Assembly (NCBI GenBank): GCA_002633005.1 | Contig: NMRA01000286.1 | Span: forward strand, 1-32,280 | Source of the DNA: Phoronis australis | Lineage: Eukaryota; Animalia; Phoronida | Length of the DNA: 32,280 bases | Direction: 5' to 3' | In this document: positions 23,471 to 32,280 of the stretch, in pieces | Layout of the letters: every line of letters begins with the position of its first letter | How positions within the stretch are numbered: the stretch's first letter is position 1 | Position numbers and translations under genes: made by a program | Notes under the pieces: generated by a model | Seen by the model: only the letters and a program-made list of their open reading frames with translations | Databases searched by the model: none | What the model was told of the DNA's origin: nothing

Positions 23471-25923
23471 CTGTCTGGGTTTTTAAGTCTCTTCCTTGCT
23501 GGATTCCCGGTCTTGTAGCCCAGTCCTTGCCTACCCTGGCAAGCACTTCCTATTAGTTGCTTGTGCCTCAGCCGGCTTTCTGCTTCGCTGATTGCTGACG
23601 TGGTGGACCACTTACTGCCAGTACGTGACTGGGTGATGCAACCACTGATAGCCTGGTCAGATGTATTCTGCAGAGTGATACTGGCTCGCACTTTGGTAAC
23701 TTTATATTCCTCCACCACAGATGAGACCGGAAGAACGAGTTTCGATGACTTGCAGTACAGCCCGACGTTGCTGAATGATGCAGGTAGACCAAGCCACCTT
23801 CGAATGAACTGGCTCGCTGCTCTTTCCATTTCCTTAGCTGAAGACGACGTGACGTCGTAGATTAACAGTGGCCACATAAGCTTCGGGAGCAAGATGAACT
23901 GGTAGCACCAATGCTTGAATCTTCCGGGTATGCCGTCTTTGTCGATCTTCTCAAGCCAAACCTTGAGCTGGGCTTTCACATCCTTGACACGGGATGTGTC
24001 TCGTAGGCTGCTATCATAGTACTTGCCAAGGCACTTGACTGGTTGTTCACTTATTGTTGGAATTCTGCAATCTGCTATCGAAAACGTATGTCTCTTGAGC
24101 AAAACGCCTCTGTTGATAATTAGTGATCTGGACTTCTCTGCCTTGAATGACATACGGGCCCATTTAGTGAGCTCTTCTAGGCAATGGAGAATTGTTCTGG
24201 CTCCCACTGGTGACTCTGTCACAATTGTAATGTCGTCAACAAAAGCTCTACATGACGGCTGTCTGACTTCATCTAGCTTGGGACCTCTTCGCTCAGATTG
24301 GGCTCTCTTCAGCAGGACATTCATTGCCATGATAAACAGGATGACTGAAATGGTACAGCCCGTCATAATTCCTTTTTCAAGGTGTTGCCACTTCGTAGTG
24401 AAGTTGCCGACTGTGAAACGCATCACACAGGAGCTATAGTATGACTTCACTATACTCTTGACTTTCTCAGGAATGTGGTAGATGTCCATGGCACGATAAA
24501 CTAATACATGTGGTACCGAACCGTACGCATTTGCCATGTCGAGCCACACCATAGACAGATTCTTCTTGCCCTTCTTCGCTCGGTGTATGAGTTCACTTAT
24601 GATAGAATTATGTTCCAGGCATCCAGAAAAGCCTGGTACCCCGCCTTTCTGTGAAGATGTGTCAATATACTTGTTCTTGATCATGAAGTCTGTCATTCTG
24701 CCGGATAGGATTGCTAAGTAGATCTTTCCTTCCACGCTAAGCAGTGAAATTGGTCGAAACTGGCTAATCTGCTTCGAGCCTTCTTCTTTCGGAACATAAA
24801 CTCCTTCAGCTCGCCCCCACTGGGCTGGAACTACGCCCTTCCTCCAGAGAATCTTAAACAGCTTCCAGAGCCTTTCTCTCAACTTGGGACACATCTTATA
24901 GACCTTGTAGGAAATTCTACTTGGACCAGGGGCTGACCCCGATCGGGCTTTCTTCACAATGCTATCCACTTCTGACTTCTTAATGTCCCCCAGATCAAAA
25001 CCTTCGTCCGGTAGATCTTCAGCCTCTAGATCTGGGAAGTCGCCAAGGGGAGTATCTTTCAACTCATCACTGTGAATTTTGGCAAGGTGATCCTCCAAGT
25101 CTGCCCGGGTGCAGGTAAGTGTTCCGCTTTTGCTCTTGCCTAAAAGCCTTGAAGCATACTGGTAGGGGTTCCTAATGAATTTCTCTCTCTGCCTTGACCG
25201 TTTCTTCCTATTTTGTGCACCTCGTTCTGCTTTGCGGAGGGGCAATAGTCGCTTGGGGGCCTCAGATGTCAGGTGAGTTATTCCTGCTTTTTCGTGCTCA
25301 GCTGCACTCTTCCACAGGCGACGGAGTTCTCTAAGCTCTCTGCGGATAGTCACTATTTCCCGTTGTCGTCTGTTTGGTCCTCGTGGGTTTCATGTTTCCT
25401 TTCTTTTCTCTACTGTTCCAAAGCGGTCCACACTGACTTGGTAAACAATCCTAGTCATAGCCTCAATCTTTGTCTCTGCTGGACCTCGAAGAGTGACACG
25501 TAAGATGCTATCCAGATCATTGTCTAAGGCTGACCACGCCTTCTTATCAGCTGCTGATGGCCACTTGATTCGATCCTTCTTTGCAGTATCTGGTGGACCT
25601 GCTGAACTGGCTGGAACTGGATTCTGAAATACTTCAGCTTCTACTACTAATGCTTTCATCTGATGCGTAGCTGGGAGGTCTTCTGCACTGTGGTTTGAGA
25701 CCTGGCTCAATCCCTTCCCCGTCTCGCTGGACGTGGCGCCCAAGCGTTGCCTTGCGACCTGACGTAAGCACTTCATCTTTCCTTGGTGGATCTTCAACCC
25801 TCTTAAATTCTTCAGAATCTTTCCACACACACAGGTTCTTGATGCTAAATCGGTGTTCGTAATCGTAGTCCTATTTGGTCCGGTTGTTGCCGTTTGAGGT
25901 CTGTCGTTGGACTCTTCTTGCAT
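23471..25923 (-). pseudogene. Zinc finger-RT ORF, 5' assembled copy (in-frame stop at 25390-25392)
   Basis: ORFs 25390-25923 and 23440-25353 are in the same frame, separated by one TGA (...KET*NPRGPNRRQREIV...). The copy breaks at the single N at 23470. Confidence 0.85.
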
Positions 25924-26165
25924 CCTCCCTCTCGGAGAGTCCTGAGGTTGTCTTTCTGGTAATTTGGACGTAGCAATATGTATGTATGGTAGATTCGATC
26001 TTATTTGCTTTTGATCTTAAATCATCATCAGTGAGCACCACAAAACATCATCTAAACATGAAACACGCAGTATATTTCATGTTCAAATGTATGGTTGGAT
26101 TTAGTGCCCAATCATGTAGTTGTTTGTTCTTGATTCTGTAGTGTCAAAGTTGTTTATTGGTGCAG

Positions 26166-26239
26166 GATCATTAGCCCATTGGTCACTATTGTCCTGAAGG
26201 AAGTGCTGAACCAATCCCGTGTGCTGCTGGAACATACAG
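26166..26239 (+). pseudogene. Cys-rich exon L (short, damaged 5' part)
   Basis: Encodes PIGHYCPEGSAEPIPCAAGTY, preceded in frame by TAG where a Cys is expected. Donor GTATAT. Confidence 0.7.
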
Positions 26240-26802
26240 GTATATGTCTGACTTGACACTCAGCTCCTTACACTCTTAGTTTTTGATGTTGACTATGTAA
26301 TACTGATAGTTCTCAAATTTCCCCAAAAAGTCATACTTATCTAAATGAGCGATTAAGGTTATATTTTTCAAGTATGATGAGTAGATGGTATTTTGTTGGA
26401 TAAATCAGTTAATTAGTGTGAACATGAGCTTGTTGTTGTTGTTTAACATTTGTGTTTGTAACTACATTTCTCTAATCTCATGTTTTACTTCATGTTTTCG
26501 TTACGCATTTACTGACATGAGCAAGGTTGTGACAGAAGGTTTTTGCTTATTTTGTGATATTGGCTGAATTATTGTTTCTCTGGAATTTTATCTTTCATCA
26601 AGCTGACTTACTGAAACTTGTTGTGTACCTACTAAAATAAATACAATTATGCTGCTTTAACTCTTGCAGAATTTCATAATTGTTTTCTTTTCTCTCATTG
26701 TTTGCATCAAATTTGACTGTCACTTTAAAATCATATGCCCAGTCAGACAACTGTATCTTCAGCTCACATGCATTTACGTCTTGTTGTATGATTCCTTTTT
26801 AG

Positions 26803-27031
26803 TGACAGCCTTGAGCAGCCAGTGTGCACTGCCCGGCCTGCCCTGCTGGCTACTACTGCCTTGAGAACTCAACAGAGTACGCTAGTCAGCTGTGTCCATC
26901 TGGTCACTACTGCCCTCTAGGGACTAAACGGTCGGATGAGTACCCATGTCCAAAAGGCACCTACAACCCAGTGAATGGAAGCAATGGTTATGAAGACTGC
27001 CCGAGCTGTTTGGCTGGAGAATATTGTGAAA
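26803..27031 (+). pseudogene. Cys-rich exon M (frameshift near 26845)
   Basis: DSLEQPVCTA then a frame change to CPAGYYCLENSTEYASQLCPSGHYCPLGTK...CPKGTYNP...CLAGEYCE. Donor GTGAGC. Confidence 0.8.
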
Positions 27032-27421
27032 GTGAGCAGATGCACTAAAAACCCTCTATCGCTGCGGCCTCTCAGTCATGCATAGCAGTTTCCATAATCA
27101 AAACATTTGTACGTCATTCATTCGACTTCACACTAACACCCTAATTTTCCTAGTTATGGCTATTTAATGCCGATGTTCGGGTTTTACGGCCACTCTTAAA
27201 ACCTTTATATATATACCTGAAACCATGTTTTATTAAATAAATATGTCCGTATAAATTTTGCTCCCAGCATATTTTTGGACAGGATAGTAAAACTTTCGCT
27301 AAGATTTTTAAAACCTAAGTACTGATAAATCGTAAGAAGAGAATTTTAAATCCTATGAAGTGAAAGTCATTAATCATTCTTTTTCTTTACTAACAGATAA
27401 TAAATTGTATTTCAATTTCAG

Positions 27422-27548
27422 GTGATGGCATGAGTGCCACCAGTGGTAACTGTACTGCAGGCTACTACTGCACAGGTGGGTCATACGTGGCTGAACCTGT
27501 CACAACAGGAAATGTCACCAACTTACCTGATTGTAGTTGTCCTCTTGG
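27422..27548 (+). pseudogene. Cys-rich exon N
   Basis: Acceptor tttcag. Encodes DGMSATSGNCTAGYYCTGGSYVAEP...DCSCPL. The putative donor reads ATGAGT (GT>AT). Confidence 0.75.
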
Positions 27549-27620
27549 ATGAGTCCAATCAGTAACCAGATTAATCTAAACCTCCAAATCATGAAGTTGT
27601 TGATCCATTTCTTTTTCCAG

Positions 27621-27854
27621 GCCTTACAATTCCCACAGACCAGTGTGATGCTGGGTATGCCTGTGTGTCTGGCTCAAATTCCTCCCAGCCTACAGATGGC
27701 GTAACTGGCTATGAGTGTGTTCCAGGCTATTACTGTCCCAAAGGTTCAGACCAGGCGACCAAGTGTCCACAGGGCATGTATGATAATGGCTATGGCTTGG
27801 AGAATATAACAGAGTGTAATGCATGCACACCGGGAATGTTTTGTCTTGTGGAAG
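27621..27854 (+). pseudogene. Cys-rich exon O
   Basis: Acceptor tttccag. Encodes LTIPTDQCDAGYACVSG...ECVPGYYCPKGS...CPQGMY...CNACTPGMFC. The 3' edge is uncertain. Confidence 0.8.
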
Positions 27855-28820
27855 ATTTGTAATTGTATCATGCCCTAACAATTTAACTAATTAAATTGAT
27901 AAATCTAAATTTGTCCCTTCATGAGCCATAATGTAAAAATTGCATCCATCTTAATATGTTTGAGATTTTCAAAGCCCCGGCCTTACCAACCATTTGTTTC
28001 ATATGTAAATGAACTAAACAATTGATTCACTTAATTTTTTCATTTTGCTTCTAAAACATACTTGCTTAAAATGGAATACTGTTTTACACAAAAGAAAAAA
28101 GGTAACAAGAAGATGATAAATTGGTAAAACAATTAAGAGCTTCTAGACGTGTCATACTTGCACACTTCTTCAGTGGCAAGTAGTTGTAAGCAATAGAGTA
28201 CAGCACAGTAAAACAACTCAATAAGACAGTACCTTTTGCAAGAAAGGGGGAGTAAATTAGGGTATGGGTAATTGGCAGCAAATCCCACAGTACAGCTGAG
28301 ATTGTGGATATGGATTTGATAGCTGATAATGCATTTAACTTTCTACTTCCTACAAGAGTACCACCTGTGAAATTATCCTATGAATGGAAACACGAGTCGA
28401 AATGTTTGCTTACCGGCATCCTAGTATTTGCTATTCGAAGAGCGCTGGAGGTCTCCCCAAAATACTACTAGCTCTAATATACCAGGCTCATTTTGGAACC
28501 TGTGCCACACCCATTTTAGCAAAGTTCCTTTTTTAAAACCTTCACATTGACATCAAAACTAGTTTTTTTAATAGAAGCAGTTAGTAACTCAACGTCAATC
28601 AGGTTTTGAATTGTTAGTGGTGCAGTTGTGTGTGAAGGCATCTACCAGCCTACGGACCCAAACCAGTATGCTTTGGCTTAATTACAAAGTTACTCCCCCT
28701 GAATTAAAATATGTTTTTCCATGCGTCTGTTCTGTTTTTGATGGAGTAATCCCATTCCTTAAAACATTTTGTTTTAGTTTATGTAGTTTGAAATGTCATT
28801 TATTTTCTTTTTTCTCCCAG

Positions 28821-29072
28821 GCTTGACTGCTCCCAATGGCAGCTGCCATGCTGGCTATTACTGCACATCTGGGGCCATCAATCCTGACCCTGTTGGCCAG
28901 ACATATGGTGACATCTGTCTTGTTGGTCACTACTGTCCCGAGCAGACAGGCACGCCCATTAAGTGTCCAGTAGGTACTTACCTGCCCAATACCACCAATG
29001 ATGAGATGACGGACGGTCTGGACTGTCCACCCGGTAAATACTGCGACACACCTGGACAGACTTCTTACACAG
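28821..29072 (+). pseudogene. Cys-rich exon P (open)
   Basis: Acceptor ctcccag. Encodes LTAPNGSCHAGYYCTSG...ICLVGHYCPEQT...CPVGTY...DCPPGKYCDTPGQ. Donor GTATG. Confidence 0.85.
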
Positions 29073-29249
29073 GTATGNTCCGTCCGTCCGTCCGTCCGTC
29101 CGTCCGTCCGTCCGGGCGGCGTCCGTCCGGCGTCCGGCGTCTGGCGTCCGGCGTCCGCTGCTCTATCTGCAAAACCCTTTGACATACGTTCATGAAATTA
29201 GGCACATATGTTCCATTCATGAATGGGACGGCATGTGCGAACTTTCGGA

Positions 29250-30420
29250 CGGATCCGACTACCGGTGTGCCCCCTAGTGGCACTTTTAGTTTTTTACGCT
29301 TACCTTTGTATCTTCAAAAGTCTTGAACGGATTTTCATGAAATTTGGTATGTAGGCACCTAGTAGTGAGATGACGCTATCCTGCCGTTTTCGGATGGATT
29401 CGACATAGTTTGCGCCACTTAGTGGCCATTTTTAGTGTTTTCGATTCTGTTTTTCTGCTTCCACCCCTCTATCAACCAAACCGCTCAAAGGATGATTGTG
29501 AAAATTGGCATGTATGTGCTTACTATGTAGAGGACGGTTGACGATGATTTTCCGACGATTTCGACTACTGTGGCGCCTCCTAATGGCTGTATCTCCTAAA
29601 CCGTTCGCAGGATCTTTACGAAATTGTGTAAGTATATTTATATGATGTTAACAACGGAAGATGACGACTTTTGGTCGGATCCGACTACCGGTGTGCCCCC
29701 TAGTGGCAATTTATATTTTTTTTACGCTTACCTTTGTATGTTCACAAGTCCTTATTGGATTTTCATGAAATTTGGTATGTAGGCACCTATTAGTGAGATG
29801 ACGCTATTTTGCCGTTTTCAGATGGATTCGACATAGTTTGCGCCACCTAGTGGCCATTTNCTAGTGGCCATTTTTAGTGTTTTCGAGTCTGTTTTTGTGC
29901 GTCCACCCCTCTATCAACCAAACTGCTCAAAGGATGGTTTTGAAAATTGGCATGTATATGCTTACTATGTAGAGGACGGTTGACGATGATTTTCCGACGA
30001 TTTCGTCTACTGTGGCGCCTCCTAGTGGCAGTTTTGTTTTTTTGCGCCTATGGCTGTATCTCCTAAACCTTTCACAGGATCTTTACGAAATTGTGTAAGT
30101 ATATTTATATGATGTTAACAACGGAAGATGACAACTTTTTGACGGATCTGACTACCGGTGTGCCCCCTAGTGGCAATTTTAGTTTTTTACGCTTACCTTT
30201 GTATCTTCAAAAGTCCTGAACGGATTTTCGTGAAATTTGGTATGTAGGCACCTATTAGTGAGATGACGCTATCCTCACGTTTTCAGACGGATTTGACATA
30301 GTTTGCGCCACCTAGTGGCCATTTTTACTGTTTTCGAGTCTGTATTTTGCGTCCACCCCTCTATCAACCAAACCGCTCAAAGGATGATTGTGAAAATTGC
30401 CGTGTATGTGCTTACTATAA
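29250..30420. repeat. Tandem array with a unit of about 430-470 bp built from about 145-bp subunits
   Basis: CGGATC(C/T)GACTACCGGTGTGCCCCCTAGTGGCA occurs at about 29250, 29677 and 30143. CTAGTGGC-like motifs recur roughly every 145-160 bp. Confidence 0.85.
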
Positions 30421-30438
30421 GGAAGACAGCTGACAATA

Positions 30439-30803
30439 CGCCTAAGCGCTACGTCGGGCGTGCCTGCGCCGCCTTCGGCAGCTTGGCTGGGGCCCGCCTA
30501 ACTGCTACGTCGGGCGTGCCTGCGCCGCCTTCGGCAGCTTGGCTGGGGCCCGCCTAAGTGCTACGTCGGGCGTGCCTGCGCCGCCCTCGACAGCTTGGCT
30601 GGGGCCCGCCTAATTGCTACTTCGGGCGTTCCTGCGCCGCCTTCGGAGCTTGGCTGGGGCCCGCCTAAGTGCTACGTCGGGCGTGCCTACGCCGCCTTCG
30701 GCAGCTTGGCTGGGGCTTGCCTAAGCAGTGCTACGTCGGGCGTGCCTGCGCTGTCTTCGGCAGCATGCCATCGGCTGGGGCGGCCCGCCTAAGTGTTACG
30801 TCG
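30439..30803. repeat. GC-rich 56-bp minisatellite, about 6.3 copies
   Basis: Unit CGCCTAAGTGCTACGTCGGGCGTGCCTGCGCCGCCTTCGGCAGCTTGGCTGGGGCC starts at 30439, 30495, 30551, 30607, 30662, about 30718 and 30786. Confidence 0.92.
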
Positions 30804-31153
30804 ATCCTAGCCAGCCAGCTAGCTGTATGAAGACTTTCGTCAAAATACATACATTATTGACGGCCACCTTTATATTCAAAGGACTATGAAGTTGATCTTC
30901 CTTAGTTTACTCTGACTATATTTTACTTGAAGGACTCTAACTTCTTGGTTAATCCAAACTCATGTTTAACAGTTTTATCTCAAGTTTTGCACACGGTTAT
31001 TCCTATACAAGTGAGTTTTATTTCTGTCCTTCACTAGACATTGAGTAAGGTGAAAAGGAAGAGGATGTTGCGCCAGTTATTAGTTTGTTATTGTTGTGGC
31101 ACATACGTTTGTGTGGTCCCTGTCGAGACGTCTGCTTCTCCGTCCATTGTATT

Positions 31154-31465
31154 CCCATACCAAAAAAAGCCTTCCCGCAAACACTTGCCGCAAGCTTGCC
31201 GCAAAGTTGCGGCAAGCTTGCTGCAAAAGTTTCTGCAAACCAGTCGCAAACACGTAGAATCAACTCTGACCAAAGAGTGGATGCAAATTTCCTGCAACCC
31301 AGCCGCAAACATTGCCGCAAGCTTGCGGCATGCTTGCCGCAAACATGCAGCAAACTTTTACCATGCAAATGAAGTTTGCCGCAAGCTTGCAGCAAACATC
31401 TCTATGGATATGGAACAGTTCCTGCAACCCAGCCGCACACATTGCTGCAAGCTTGCCGCAAACAT
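31154..31465. mobile_element. Probable left end of a DNA transposon (CCC terminus) with a palindromic subterminal repeat array
   Basis: CCCATACCAAAAAAAG is followed by many GCCGCAAGCTTGCGGC / GCAAGCTTGC palindromes. No matching right end was found in the window. Confidence 0.5.
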
Positions 31466-32280
31466 CTTCATGGGGTTATATAGAAGTTTCTGCGAACCAC
31501 CAGAAAAAAATATTGGATGCAAGACTACAACATACTTGAATTGTGGCATGAATAATTTATTGTAGAAATGCCAGCTGAAAAATACATAATTTTTATTGCA
31601 TGCCCGCTTCTTAAAGCAAGAAAATACACAATCAGCTGCACACTGGATTTAACATGATAATTTTCAATCTGATGTATANATTACTATTTTTGCTTCCCAA
31701 TATGGTTTCATGATACATCAGTCTACTGAATGGGTTATCATTGAACTTGTAGGCCTATGTTGAAATTTGCATTATTTCGACTATAGCTATATCATCCAAT
31801 AACATCATTCATTTATCTAAGGCATCAACCATAAATTATACCTTTCTATTCTACAATATTACCATGGTGTTGAAAAGAACAACTACAGAGGTTATCCAGT
31901 TATTACCATTCTAGTGGACGTTCTAAACACATTCTACTCCAGACTAATCTGCATTACAGCAATCGGAGGTGTTCCATAGGGTACAAATGGGATGATCGCT
32001 AGTGTTTTCATCCATGTTTGTTCGACCCAACCTTGAGATGCTGTGTACGCCATTTGTTCCGGTGTTTTCAACTCAAACTTGTTGCCTCGTAACCTCTGCA
32101 GTGTCTCTGGCTTTCATCAAGTACATTACGTCACTCAATATTCACAAACCTAAAATATGAATGCCATTTCACTTTCCTCAAAAAGGCATTTGTGATAGCA
32201 TTATTAGAATCTCCATTACGTTTTAAGTCGAACTTTTGCTCTTCTGCTCATGTATGAACAGACAGTTAAACTTGTGTTCA

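Larger units (their letters stand above)
20725..25978 (-). mobile_element. Near full-length Hero-like non-LTR retrotransposon: N-terminal zinc finger, RT, CCHC knuckle, restriction-like endonuclease; about 3.5 kb once the duplicated 1.73-kb segment is collapsed
   Basis: Motifs CVCGKILKNLRGLKIHQGKMKC, QKGGVPGFSGCLEH, WLDMANAYGSVPH, AFVDD, CIQCGRRCSLEHILSYC, RPDLILYS..IELTIPW, ERKNLKY and VEVGCRGF. Ends are approximate and no clear TSD is visible. The clade call rests on motif recognition, not on a search. Confidence 0.9.
2904..29072 (+). pseudogene. Multi-exon cysteine-rich GCC2/GCC3 (ephrin-receptor-like) repeat gene, probably an unprocessed pseudogene; extends beyond the visible exons
   Basis: At least 16 exon-like segments encode CPxGxYCPxG...PCPxGTY repeats. 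Most have AG/GT boundaries with compatible phases. Several carry frameshifts, stops or broken splice dinucleotides. Confidence 0.8.
29079..30907 (+). mobile_element. Probable Helentron-associated (DINE-1/HINE-like) non-autonomous element with internal tandem arrays
   Basis: A (CGTC)n microsatellite is followed by repeats containing ATGAAATTTGGTATGTAG and CCCCCTAGTGGC. A short hairpin and T-rich end lie near 30840-30907. The 5' end is lost at the N at 29078 and the 3' end is approximate. Confidence 0.55.

Noticed and set aside
21829-24721. Paired plus-strand ORFs (99, 138 and 61 aa, each seen twice)
   Set aside because: They are antisense shadows of the RT, repeated because of the 1.73-kb duplication.
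30439-30803. CRISPR-like array
   Set aside because: The units are contiguous with no unique spacers, there are no cas genes, and the context is eukaryotic.
31018-31565. Cys/Ala-rich ORFs on both strands
   Set aside because: They arise from palindromic DNA repeats and lack the CPxGxYC pattern and splice signals of the host gene.

Overview
Eukaryotic, AT-rich, repeat-dense window from a draft assembly, probably an invertebrate animal (N gap at 8024-8595, several single-N joins). The + strand carries at least 16 exons of a very large cysteine-rich gene with GCC2/GCC3 (ephrin-receptor-like) 'CPxGxYCPxG' repeats. Frameshifts, premature stops and mutated splice sites make it look like an unprocessed pseudogene. 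Its introns and flanks hold two families of antisense non-LTR retrotransposons resembling the Hero clade (RT; the full-length one also shows a restriction-like endonuclease), several non-autonomous DNA transposons with visible TIRs and TSDs, and a Helentron/DINE-1-like element with nested tandem arrays. The most interesting signal is the 3' UTR of the near full-length Hero-like element (20744-20840, minus strand). It contains every core nucleotide of a hammerhead ribozyme and all three stems, but in a strand order that matches none of types I, II or III. It also has an extra closing helix between A9 and G10.1 and a near-canonical kink-turn. This is a candidate new permuted, k-turn-containing hammerhead architecture. 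It is inferred from base pairing only and is untested.
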